Made by a program: the position numbers and the translations under genes. A stretch of 60,000 nucleotides of DNA. Source: Amphiscolops sp. MND2022. Lineage: Eukaryota. This document shows, one piece after another, positions 35,491 through 48,000 of this stretch; positions within the stretch are counted from its first letter, which is position 1; each line of letters opens with the position of its first letter. The stretch covers positions 77,378,001 to 77,438,000 of the forward strand of contig OZ076409.1 of NCBI GenBank assembly GCA_964187785.1. Direction: 5' to 3'. A model generated the notes under the pieces. It worked only from the letters and a program-made list of their open reading frames with translations, searched no databases and had not been told where the DNA came from.

Positions 35491-38238
35491 TTGTGGAACG
35501 TTGGCAGTACTTGGAACACTAACGCGTCACAGATCATGATGTTCCTCCTCCATTTATAAAATGTGGGTTCGGAAAACAACTAATTATACTGTAAACGATT
35601 AACTCACTGGGTAGATCGCCTACTACCACTTGACTGTGAAAGTTTTCATACAAACGGAAGAGCAATGGGTATTGCTGATTGTTTCTCGAGACACCCACCA
35701 CAAACAGAAGGAGAAATCTAAATTATGGAGCATTTGGTTTACGGTGAAACATGTAAATAAAGTAAATAGCGCTACAGTGGACCAATGAGAGACCAGCTGT
35801 GGATAAAACTGAGACGAAGCGACGAAAGAAGCCAAAGCGTACAAGCCTACAATTCGTGCAATTCACGTGAGCAAACAAAAACCGATTGCCAAGTCAAAAT
35901 GTGCCAAAGCAGCTCAACAAACCAATTGATAGGTAACAAAGTTTCCAAGAAGTTTGAGCCAAAATTAAACCTACTGTATAAAATCGGAGAAAATTTGCTT
36001 GTTGAAAATCAAAGAGATTAATATTTCATGCGAAGTTAATCAAAATCGCGAAGAATCGATCAAACGCCAAAATAAAAGCACCCAACAGTCCATGGAGAGA
36101 ACGATTTGTTTCAATTTAACTAGATGATGCAGACCTACTGTACATAGATGATCGACTCAATATACGAAGGATATAACAAACGCTGAGACAAGTTACTGAT
36201 ATTTGGTGGCCTAAAATTCTTAGACATATTACTCTACTTACTAAAACAAGTCAAGAGTGCCAAGATGCAGGTAAGTAAGTTGATCGTATCATTCCTAAGA
36301 TAAAATCAATACGGTAAATATCCAACTCCAAAAACAATAAAATAGGAAGTAGCAATTGATTTTGCAGGTTCTTTCAAAGTAGCAAGAAGTTTTAAAAATC
36401 TTAATTGTATTCTTAGAAGGTGAGACCAGCTGGCCGTACGCGAAATTTTTAGAAGCATCCACATTAACAAAGTGCTAGAATTTCTTGAAAGATACATAGC
36501 AGACAATAAAATTTCCAGAAAAATTCGTACCGACCTAGAAACGGTATTCAATAGTAAAAACTCGAAGCGTTTTGCCAAAAAAATTTCATTCAGCACATCA
36601 AATGTCCGATACGTGACCCAAAAGGATACGGGATTGCAGAAGGGTAGTGAGAACGGCGAAGAAAGGCTGAGAAGTAATAAACATATCGTACTGGACAAAG
36701 ACAATACTGGATTGTCAAAACTACTTTACGCTTCAAGAAACAATTTAAAAAGTAAGAACATTTCTCCGGCAGAACTACAAATACAAACTTAACAACAGTA
36801 AAGGTCTATAGACTGCAATACCAACAAAAAACCTACAACGTTTCGGAGATTGACAACAATTTCGAGTTGGACATGAGTGAATTCCTCTAGGACCAGGACT
36901 CCGAAGTATCGGCCAGCGAAAGAGCGCATGGCACAAAACTGGAAAGCACATAGAAACGTAAGAAAGGCAAAATCATAAAAGAGACGACGCGCACAATGAC
37001 AATGAAAGAAAGTGAAAATCCAGAAACAAGGACGTACAGCAAAAGAGGTATAGCGCATGCACAAAAGAATGCGGCTAAGCCTATCGGTCAATCAGAAAAC
37101 AGAAGCAGCAACGAACCAACAAAATTGACTAAACCAAGAAAAAGCCCCGGACCAGGAAAAAAGAGGAGAAAGTACTACCAGAACAATTCAAAAGATTGGC
37201 AAATTGTCAAATTGGCAAAAAGTAATGACCGACTCAGATGAAGAACAAGAAGAAGTCGTCAGGAAGAGACGAACGAGAAGTGTACCCGTTCCAGCAACAC
37301 TGAATTGGGAGAAAACAACAAAAGAACCCGACAGCGAGAACGAACAAGGAAGTTCACCTAGCGAAAGGACAAGAAGAAACCGGAATGCGCCCGGATAATA
37401 CGGGATTCCAATCATGATTTGCGGAGTCGATGCAAATGCAGAAAAAGAAATCATCATAATCTCGACTGACGAAGAGACAAACATCTCACCAACATGTCAT
37501 AAGAATAGAAAAAATATTTAATAACACAAAACAACAATAGTTTTGCTTAGTTAGTACTGCTGTGGTGAGTTGGTAATTCGGAGAGCCGGTGCGAAGATTA
37601 GAAACCCACACTGTGATGAAGCTCCACAACATAATATTATGACACATCGAGCACTTGCCTTCAACTATCTTTCCAATCCCAACATTCTATTTTCAACGGC
37701 TTTTCGCCAATACAGATACACCCGAATCAAATACAAAACTTTCAATGAAAAAAGATCAAAAATGCAAGGAGGTGCAGTTGTAAAGCCAAAGTAATGAAGT
37801 CTTGACATTTTTTATCTTTTTTCATTGAATGTTTTGTATTTGATTCGGGTGTATCTGTATTGACAGTTTTTTTTCTTAGCAAACAAGCATACATCGTATC
37901 TATGACTACTTAAATTGAAAGTATAAAAGCAGGGATGGCAGATATATATCATTGATTTATATCATGATTTATATCATGATATTATTTCAATTATTATCAG
38001 ATTTTGAAATTTTTGATATTTTCCAGGTATAGAGATGGCACCTGGTCGTAATTCGGCCGATCTTTGGGAAAAGTTTGCAAAATCAATGAAAAGACGGAAA
38101 TTCTGGATGATGGGCTGTGCGCAGCAAGTGCAATCCAGGGTTGCAGGGTATTCCGGAATCCGGAACGATTGAAAAAGCATGTTGAACTTTGTGAAAGGGA
38201 CACTCTGGAAAGAGTCCCAAACTAGCTGTTACAATAAC

Positions 38239-39783
38239 GGTTACATGTTATTTCGTCCTACGCAATTTCAACCTATGCAATTTCAACCGCTGTCATTTCA
38301 ACCTATAACACTTTCAACCGCTTGCAATTTCAACCGCATGCAATTTCAACCGCTCGCCATTTCAACCTATTCTAATTAGTTCACGGTCGTTGCGTTCTTT
38401 GCGAAAATCCTAAAGCTAATTGAACATAATCGAAGCGCGGCAAAATAAAAGCACACACACTGTCAAGACGCATAATATTGAACGCATTGAAAACTTTCGT
38501 TGGACTAAAATTTGCGATGTACGAAAAGGACAGATTGATGTAATCGTATGACACAATTTGAAAAAGCATTCAACAACCTGCTATTCGTTATCAAAAACTT
38601 ATCATCGATGTCGAAAGTGTGAAAGTGAAGTGACTGAACATTTGTGATTAGAAACTTTTTGGTTAAACGCTATTAAAATTCCTCATTTTAAAAAAACATT
38701 CAGTTACAAATAACAACTTAGACAAGTGCTACTTCTTTAAAAGGTTGGTCTGATTCCTCTGTCACGCTCTTGTGGTTTCACGGCATGGTTCTAATGTGGC
38801 TACATCAAAGAGCAGTTACGGAGAATACTGCGCCATATTTGGGTGCCCGGGGGAGGGCGCAACCGGGTCCCAGTTAATTGTAACTGAATGAAAATTATTC
38901 ACATTGTAAGAATTGATTTGAGCAAATCGCGAATTTTAAATACACACTAACAAAAATGAATCATATCAAAAAAAAACAAATCAATGCAGCATGTCATCTT
39001 TTCCGCTGTCTTTCAGAGGAAAGGTTTTGATTTCTTCGGGAATGTCAATTCTATTCTCTCTTTGTCGCTTGCGGCAAGCTGTTCTGATTAAATTTTCTTT
39101 TTTCGGCAATGAAAGCTGGATTGCATAATCGTCAGAGATTACCGAAATTTCACTTGGTATGGCCACCGTTGGTGTCAATGACTCTGACTCCTGTTTAATT
39201 TGATGAACAACTTCTTTCGCTTTACACTCGGAAGGGTTGCTTTCGTGAGTGTGACTGTTTTTCAAACTAATGACCACGTTCTGGTTTGTCTTCAAAACGG
39301 CAGGGCATTTAATTGAATAGTGTTTCGTGCATCTCCAATGAATGCAACTTGAAGTGACTTGCTTTTGATTGTAACAGTAACTGTTGTGTACTGGAATATT
39401 GCCCCCTCTATTTGATTTTATGATTTGAATTAACATTTTGAGCTTTGAGATTCAAAATTATTGGACTTGTTGTGTGGACTAGTTACAATTCAGTTGACTT
39501 AGCTATTTATACTACTAAAACGTTGCAAGTATTTATCACATTTCTTAGTTTGAAAGTTTTTCGTTAGTTGCTGGACTCGTTTTATAGCTTTCTAATTACC
39601 ATGAAGGCTTTCATAATTAGCACGGTTTGAGAGCAATTAGGTGGAAGTGTGATAGGTCGAAATTGCCGTAGGTTGAAATTGCAAAAGTTGAAACTGTGAA
39701 CAAATGAAAGTGCAACCGGTTGAAATTGTGAACAGCTGAAATTGCAAGTGTTGAAATTGCACAGGACGAAATGTCCTGACATC
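38239..39783 (-). mobile_element. Non-autonomous Mutator-like (FLYWCH) element nested in hAT, copy A
   Basis: Imperfect TIRs GGTTACATGTTATTTCGTCC.../...GGACGAAATGTCCTGACATC with subterminal TTTCAAC/GTTGAAA repeats; TSD ACAATAAC/ACAATGAC; FLYWCH-like ORF 38981-39436. Confidence 0.85.
38981..39436 (-). pseudogene. Truncated transposase N-terminus with FLYWCH zinc finger (copies also at 40687-41094, 42343-42750, 44783-45235)
   Basis: KSNRGG...YCY...HWRCTKHYSIKCPAVL...HTH fits the FLYWCH/WRKY-like finger of MULE transposases; no catalytic domain follows. Confidence 0.8.
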
Positions 39784-40260
39784 ACAATGACCAGTCCAAA
39801 ATGCTGCTTTGTAATTTACATCAGAAATTGGTTCCCGATTGCTTAATATAGCTGCTCACTTTCGGGCGCAATCAGAGCCTTTCCTGAAGCCACTGTACGA
39901 AGCTGCAAAAACAAAATAGGAATAGAAAAAATGTTTAATTACACATAGTTTTGCTTAGTGCTGCTGTGGTGAGTTGGTAATTCGGAGAGCCGGTGCGAAG
40001 ATTAGAAACCCACCCTGTGATGAAGCTCCACAACATAATACTATGACACATCGAGCACTTGCCTTCAACTATCTTTCCAATCCCAACATTCTATTTTCAA
40101 CCGGCTTTTCGCCAATACAGATACACCCGAATCAAATACAAAACTTTCAATGAAAAAAGATAAAAAATGCAAGGAGGTGCAGTTTTAAAGCCAAAGTAAT
40201 GAAGTCTTGACATGATCATGAAAAGGAGTTGGAGCCTTGAAGTCTTAGGTTATCACTTTG

Positions 40261-41441
40261 AACATTTGTGATTAGAAACTTTTTGGTTAAACGCTATTAA
40301 AATTCCTCATTTTTTAAAAACATTCAGTTACAATTAACAACCTAGGCAAGTGCTACTTCTTTAAAAGGTTGGTTTGATTCATCTGTCACGCTCTTGTGGT
40401 TTCACGGGCATGGTTCTGATGTGGCTACATCAAAGAGCAGTTACGGGGAATAGTGCGCCATATTTGAGTGCTCGGGGGAGGCCGCAACCGGGTCCCAGTT
40501 AATTGTAACTGAATAAAAATTATTCACATTGTAAGAATTGATTTGAGCAAATCGCGAATTTTAAATACACACTAACAAAAATGAATCATATCAAAAAAAA
40601 AATAAAAAATCAATGCAGCATGTCATCTTTTCCGCTGTCTTTCAGAAGAAAGGTTTTGAATTCTTCGGGAATGTCAATATGGCGATCTATCGGGGTGGGG
40701 AGTCAATTCTATTCTCTCTTTGTCGCTTGCGGCAAGCTGTTCTGATTAAATTTTCTTTTTTCGGCAATAAATGCTGGATTGCATAATCGTCAGAAATTAA
40801 TGAAATTTCACTTGGTATGGCCACTGTTGGTGTCAATGACTCTGACTTCTGTTTAATTTGGTTAACAACTTCTTTTGCTTTACACTCGGAAGGGTTGCTT
40901 TCGTGAGTGTGACTGTTTTTCAAACTAATGACCACGTTCTGGTTTGTCTTCAAAACGGCAGGGCACTTAATTGAATAGTGTTTTGTGCATCTCCAATGAA
41001 TGCAACTTGAAGTGACTTGCTTTTGATTGTAACAGTAACTGTTGTGTACTTTAATATTGCCCCCTCTATTTGATTTTATGATTTGAATTAACATTTTGAG
41101 CTTTGAGATTCAAAATTATTGGACTTGTTGTGTGGACTAGTTACAATTCAGTTGACTTAGCTATTTATACTACTAAAACGTTGCAAGTATTTATCACATT
41201 TCTTAGTTTGAAAGTTTATCGTTAGTTGCTGGACTCGTTTTATAGCTTTCTAATTACCATAAAGGCTTCCATAATTAGCACGGTTTGAGAGCAATTAGGT
41301 GGAAGTGTGATAGGTCGAAATTGCCGTAGGTTGAAATTGCAAAAGTTGAAACTGTGAACAAATGAAAGTGCAACCGGTTGAAATTGTGAACGGTTGAAAT
41401 TGCAAGTGTTGAAATTGCATAGGACGAAATGTCCTGACACC
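40261..41441 (-). mobile_element. One-ended copy B of the FLYWCH element (copy C at ~41919-43097)
   Basis: Left TIR removed by the shared deletion; right TIR and ACAATAAC flank retained. Confidence 0.8.
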
Positions 41442-44016
41442 ACAATAACCACTCCAAAATGCTGCTTTGGAATTTACATCAGAAATTGGTTCCCGATTGC
41501 TTAATATAGCTGCTCACTTTCGGGCGCAATCAGAGCCTTTCCTGAAGCCACTGTACGAAGCTGCAAAAACAAAATAGGAATAGAAAAAATGTTTAATTAC
41601 ACATAGTTTTGCTTAGTGCTGCTGTGGTGAGTTGGTAATTCGGAGAGCCGGTGCGAAGATTAGAAACCCACCCTGTGATGAAGCTCCACAACATAATACT
41701 ATGACACATCGAGCACTTGCCTTCAACTATCTTTCCAATCCCAACATTCTATTTTCAACCGGCTTTTCGCCAATACAGATACACCCGAATCAAATACAAA
41801 ACTTTCAATGAAAAAAGATAAAAAATGCAAGGAGGTGCAGTTTTAAAGCCAAAGTAATGAAGTCTTGACATGATCATGAAAAGGAGTTGGAGCCTTGAAG
41901 TCTTAGGTTATCACTTTGAACATTTGTGATTAGAAACTTTTTGGTTAAACGCTATTAAAATTCCTCATTTTTTAAAAACATTCAGTTACAATTAACAACC
42001 TAGGCAAGTGCTACTTCTTTAAAAGGTTGGTTTGATTCATCTGTCACGCTCTTGTGGTTTCACGGGCATGGTTCTGATGTGGCTACATCAAAGAGCAGTT
42101 ACGGGGAATAGTGCGCCATATTTGAGTGCTCGGGGGAGGCCGCAACCGGGTCCCAGTTAATTGTAACTGAATAAAAATTATTCACATTGTAAGAATTGAT
42201 TTGAGCAAATCGCGAATTTTAAATACACACTAACAAAAATGAATCATATCAAAAAAAATAAAAAATCAATGCAGCATGTCATCTTTTCCGCTGTCTTTCA
42301 GAAGAAAGGTTTTGAATTCTTCGGGAATGTCAATATGGCGATCTATCGGGGTGGGGAGTCAATTCTATTCTCTCTTTGTCGCTTGCGGCAAGCTGTTCTG
42401 ATTAAATTTTCTTTTTTCGGCAATAAATGCTGGATTGCATAATCGTCAGAAATTAATGAAATTTCACTTGGTATGGCCACTGTTGGTGTCAATGACTCTG
42501 ACTTCTGTTTAATTTGGTTAACAACTTCTTTTGCTTTACACTCGGAAGGGTTGCTTTCGTGAGTGTGACTGTTTTTCAAACTAATGACCACGTTCTGGTT
42601 TGTCTTCAAAACGGCAGGGCACTTAATTGAATAGTGTTTTGTGCATCTCCAATGAATGCAACTTGAAGTGACTTGTTTTTGATTGTAACAGTAACTGTTG
42701 TGTACTTTAATATTGCCCCCTCTATTTGATTTTATGATTTGAATTAACATTTTGAGCTTTGAGATTCAAAATTATTGGACTTGTTGTGTGGACTAGTTAC
42801 AATTCAGTTGACTTAGCTATTTATACTACTAAAACGTTACAAGTATTTATCACATTTCTTAGTTTGAAAGATTATCGTTAGTTGCTGGACTCGTTTTATA
42901 GCTTTCTAATTACCATAAAGGCTTCCATAATTAGCACGGTTTGAGAGCAATTAGGTGGAAGTGTGATAGGTCGAAATTGCCGTAGGTTGAAATTGCAAAA
43001 GTTGAAACTGTGAACAAATGAAAGTGCAACCGGTTGAAATTGTGAACGGTTGAAATTGCAAGTGTTGAAATTGCATAGGACGAAATGTCCTGACACCACA
43101 ATAACCACTCCAAAATGCTGCTTTGGAATTTACATCAGAAATTGGTTCCCGATTGCTTAATATAGCTGCTCACTTTCGGGCGCAATCAGAGCCTTTCCTG
43201 AAGCCACTGTACGAAGCTGCAAAAACAAAATAAGAGTAGAAAAATTGTTTAATAACACAAAACAACAATAGTTTTGCTTAGTGCTGCTGTGGTGAGTTGG
43301 TAATTCGCAGAGCCGGTGGAAGATTAGAAACCCACCCTGTGATGAAGCTCCACAAGATAATACTATGACACATCGAGCACTTGCCTTCAACTATCTTTCC
43401 AATCCCAACATTGTTTTTTCAACGGCTTTACGCCAATACAGATACACCCGAATCAAATACAAAACTTTCAATGAAAAAAGATCAAAAATGCAAGGAGGTG
43501 CAGTTTTAAAGCCAAAGTAATGAAGTCTTGACATGATCATGAAAAGGAGTTGGAGTCTTGAAGTCTTGGGTTATCGCTTTGAGGCAAATTCATCAAAAAG
43601 CGCATTTTGGAAAATTGGTTGAGTTATTGACAATTGATTAAATTTTGTTCTGTTTTTTTTCTTAGCAAACAAGCATACATCGTATCTATGACTACTTAAA
43701 TTGAAGGTCTAAAAGCAGGGATGGCAGATATATATCATTGATTTATACCAGCATTTATATCATGATATTATTTCAATTAATATCAGATTTTGATATTTTT
43801 GATATTTTCCAGGTATAGACATGGCACCTGGTCGTAATTCGGCCGATCTTTGGGAAAAGTTTGCAAAATCAATGAAAAGACGGAAATTCTGGATGATGGG
43901 CTGTGTGCAGGAAGTGCAATGCAGGGATGCAGGGTATTCCGGAACGATTGAAAAAGCATGTTGAACTTTGTGAAAGAACACTCTGGAAAAAATCCCAAAC
44001 TAGCTGTTACAATTAC

Positions 44017-45582
44017 GGTTACATGTCATTTCGTCCTACGCAATTTCAACCTACGCAATTTCAACTGCTGTCATTTCAACCTATTACACTTTGAACCGCT
44101 TGCAATTTCAACCGCTCGCCATTTCAACCTATTTTAATTAGTTCACGGTCGTTGCCTTCTTTGCGAAAACCCTAAAACTAATTGAAGATAATCGAAGCGC
44201 GGCAAATTAAAAGCACACACACTGTCAAGACGCATAATATTGAACGCATTGAAAACTTTCGTTCCACTAAAATTTGCGATGTACAAAAAGGACAATTGAT
44301 GTAATCGTATGACACAATTTGAAAAAGCATTCAACAACCTGCTATTCGTTATCAAAAACTTATCATCGATGACGTCTAATTGGAAGTGTGAAAGTGAAGT
44401 GACTGAACATTTGTGATTAGAAACTTTTTGGTTAAACGCTATTAAAATTCCTCATTTTTTAAAAACATTCAGTTACAATTAACAACTTAGGCAAGTGCTA
44501 CTTCTTTAAAAGGTTGGTCTGATTCATCTGTCACGCTCTTGTGGTTTCACGGGCATGGTTCTAATGTGGCTACATCAAAGAGCAGTTACGGGGAATAGTG
44601 CGCCATAGTTGGGTGCTCGGGGGAGGCCGCAACCGGGTCCCAGTTAATTGTAACTGAATAAAAATTATTCACATTGTAAGAATTGATTTGAGCAAATCGC
44701 GAATTTTAAATACACACTCACAAAAATGAATCATATCAAAAAACAACAAATCAATGCAGCATGTCATCTTTTCCGCTGTCTTTCAGAGGAAAGGTTTTGA
44801 TTTCTTCGGGAATGTCAATATGGCGATCAATCGGGGTGGGGCGTCAATTCTATTCTCTCTTTGTCGCTTGCGGCAAGCTGTTCTGATTAAATTTTCTTTT
44901 TTCGGCAATGAAAGCTGGATTGCATAATCGTCAGAGATTACCGAAATTTCACTTGGTATGGCCACCGTTGGTGTCAATGACTCTGACTCCTGTTTAATTT
45001 GGTGAACAACTTCTTTCGCTTTACACTCGGAAGGGTTGCTTTCGTGAGTGTGACTGTTTTTCAAACTAATGACCACGTTCTGGTTTGTCTTCAAAACGGC
45101 AGGGCATTTAATTGAATAGTGTTTCGTGCATCTCCAATGAATGCAACTTGAAGTGACTTGCTTTTGATTGTAACAGTGACTGTTGTGTACTGGAATATTG
45201 CCCCCTCTATTTGATTTTCTGATTTGAATTAACATTTTGAGCTTTGAGATTCAAAATTATTGGACTTGTTGTGTGGACTCTTTACAATTCAGTTGACTTC
45301 GCTATTTATACTGCTAAAACGTTGCAAGTATTTATCACATTTCTTAGGTTGAAAGTTTATCGTTAGTTGCTGGACTCGTTTTATAGCTTTCTAATTACCA
45401 TAAAGGCTTTCATAATTAGCACGGTTTGAGAGCAATTAGGTGGAAGTGTGATAGGTCGAAATTGCCGTAGGTTGAATTTGCAAAAGTTGAAACTGTGAAC
45501 AAATGAAAGTGCAACCGGTTGAAATTGTGAACGGTTGAAATTGCAAGTGTTGAAATTGCATAGGACGAAATGTCCTGACACC
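44017..45582 (-). mobile_element. Mutator-like FLYWCH element, copy D
   Basis: TIR GGTTACATGTCATTTCGTCC vs GGTGTCAGGACATTTCGTCC (16/20); TSD ACAATTAC/ACAATAAC. Confidence 0.85.
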
Positions 45583-47077
45583 ACAATAACCAGTCCAAAA
45601 TGCTGCTTTGGAATTTACATCAGAAATTGGTTCCCGGTTGCTTAATATAGCCGCTCACTTTCGGGCGCAATCAGGGCCTTTCCTGAAGACACTGTACGAA
45701 GCTGCAAAAACATTGCCTCCTAAAGAGTGTTGATATTGACAGTGATTCGAAACTGAAGCTACAGTCTGCTATCCTGCTCACCAATTACTGCGCCTCTTGA
45801 AAGACTTTTCTCGACTTTCGGATGGATTCACGATGAACAACGGAACCGTCTGGGCAACAAAAAGGCTGCAAAACTTTGTTTCGTTTCGAGATATCAAATA
45901 AAAATGTTGATTGAAACATTTGTAAGAAATGAATATAATTCAATTTTAGAAACAAACCGTTTTTCTAAAATATAAAAAATATCATTAATATCAAAAATAT
46001 CGGGCGAAAAATTAATAATATCGTATATTATTGATTTTGTTTCAAAATATGGGATATTCTACCATCCCTGTATAAAAGTGCAGAGCACTAACCATTCCGA
46101 CTTCGTCTTGTTGCGAACTTCAGGCAAATAGTAAATTTTGTAAAACAATTCTGTAATCAATTAGTTTTAAGGCAATAATGTACCATAAACGAAAAGTTAG
46201 CTGGGGAAACAGCTTTACGTGTAAATAGAGTGAATTTTGTTATTCTTCCTTCTTCAAGACAATTTATTGATCGTTGCGGTATCCGTAATTAGAAGTGAAA
46301 GCTGTAAATAAATGGCGTGAAAAGTTTGTGAACGTTTCTGCAACAGCGAAGAAAGGTTCGACATCAAGCAGAGCTTTAATTTAATGATCAATTCAGCGAA
46401 ATAGATACTGGAAGTCTCCAAAGGTTTTATGAGTTCATGTCAACAAGGTTAAATATATATCCATTTTTTGAAAAGTATCCGTTGATGTACATTAACATTA
46501 ATGTTAAGATTCACATGAAAAGAAACATACTTTTACCTCAATTTATTTGAAATGCATTACGAAGGGACTCAATTGCTGAATCGTTTGTGTAGTTCATAAA
46601 TTTTTAATAATCAACACCTCAACGAATGACTTGAAGATTGGAAAATATTGTCTTTCTATTGACTATTCACTTTGTGAATATCTTTATTAATGCAACTTTT
46701 TTCTTTCTGGCAGTTGTACTTTAGAAAAACTACAGTAGAATTTGAGGTGCAATATACAGAGGTGTTGTTAGCAGCATTCTTTGTTCAGTCCCATGCCTGT
46801 CAAATATCACCTTGACAGAGCATATTTTTGCATGTGTTTACAGTAATTGTTTAACTACACCTGGTATATTTTTGAAACGTCTCCAAATTCTGACTGCAAT
46901 TCCAATTAAACAATACAAGGATTTCAGTAAATAAAAGCTTACTAATCCTAATTTGTCATTATAGCATCAGAATTTGAAATCAAAAAATCAAACTTCCTTC
47001 ACCAATGTTTAATCAAGCTGCATTTTCAAGATTATTGCAAAAATTGTGTAAACTTCTAACTACAAAAATAACATACG

Positions 47078-48000
47078 CAGTGGTAGGGAAAAAATAATTG
47101 CAATAATTGCAAATATTTTTTCTCTTTGCAACCAATTAATTACGAAACAGTATCCTTTGCAATCAAATATGCAATTAAGTGCTCTATTGAAAAAAGATCG
47201 GAAACAACGATTGAATTTCAATTACAAATTGAATTCACCAATACTTCGTTCCAAAAACGATGATTGAAATTCAAAAATAGTTGCATTTCCAAATTGATTG
47301 ACAAAAATTTAGCCCTCAAATCGTCGGCTGTGAACTCAGCTGAGCTGAAAAATCGTTCGACAAGATTGGAGGTTGGCAGGATAAACCAGCAATCCATGTA
47401 AATGAGAGCCTTCAAAAAATCGCAGGGCGAAGTCACGTTCGAATGATAAAATCAGCGTTTAGAAGTGTCGGGCAATTATTTTGTACGCCTATGGTCCAGT
47501 TTTATTCTGCAAGGTATTTAATCAGGCAATCAAAATGGTGGATCAAAAAAATCTGCGTCGATTGATATATCATGTCTGGAACTCAGGTATGACTGATTCA
47601 CTTTGCCAATAAAATTCGTTTCGGAGTCAATTTTTACGACAAGGATCTGAAAACTTGTGCAATCGACACACTATGAACGCTCAACTGATTCTCGTTTCAA
47701 GTTTTGTTTTCAAACAAATTTAGTTTTCTCTGATGCAAATTGAATTTCAAGCATCATCCTTTCAAATTATACTGTATATAATTTGTATAATTTGCTGTAT
47801 AATTTAGTGTAACAAATGTATAATTTGCTGCCCATAATTTAGCTACCTGAAGCGAATTCATTTATAACAAATAATTGAAACTAACTGCAGAACTTGCAAT
47901 CAATTAATTGTAATTGCAAACTCTGTACAATCAATTAACTGAACCTAATTAACTGCAATTAATTGCAAATAATTGCAATTCAATTTTTTCCCAGCCCCTG
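47078..48000 (-). mobile_element. Second non-autonomous hAT element (923 bp)
   Basis: Ends CAGTGGTAGGGAAAAAA / TTTTTTCCCAGCCCCTG; perfect 8-bp TSD AACATACG; subterminal AATTGCAA repeats; hATC remnant PTSNLVERFFSSA...LEMQLFL (47218-47436, minus). Confidence 0.92.

Larger units (their letters stand above)
31942..37500 (+). mobile_element. Heavily decayed Ty3/Gypsy retrotransposon (5' LTR, PBS, gag, pol); 3' LTR not found
   Basis: LTR TGTAG...CAACA 31942-32245 then PBS-like TGGCGCTGCG; CMKCRQKGHFAKCC knuckle ~33032-33073; protease MVDSGSP ~33279; RT remnants (RRIPIQLQ, SSLDM) 33790-34400; RH CDA ~34704; IN WWPKI, AIDFAG, IRTD 36200-36540. Confidence 0.85.
37501..45711 (+). repeat. Four-unit tandem array: A 37501-39912, B 39913-41570, C 41571-43226, D 43227-45711
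   Basis: Recurrent junction GCTGCAAAAAC|AAAATA(G/A)GA; four copies of the same minus-strand FLYWCH ORF; B and C share a ~0.8-kb internal deletion. Confidence 0.95.
37930..46070 (+). mobile_element. Non-autonomous hAT transposon, internally expanded by the array (single-unit version 43716-46070)
   Basis: TIR CAGGGATGGCAGA / TCTACCATCCCTG; perfect 8-bp TSD TATAAAAG (37922-37929, 46071-46078); BED-finger remnant WEKF...QGIPERLKKHVELC; hATC remnant ERLFSTFGWIHDEQRNRLGNKKA at ~45798-45870. Confidence 0.92.

Noticed and set aside
38255..38375. TTTCAAC repeats as a CRISPR-like array
   Set aside because: Eukaryotic context; repeats are 7-10 bp without unique spacers and are mirrored at the element's other end, i.e. 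subterminal TE repeats.
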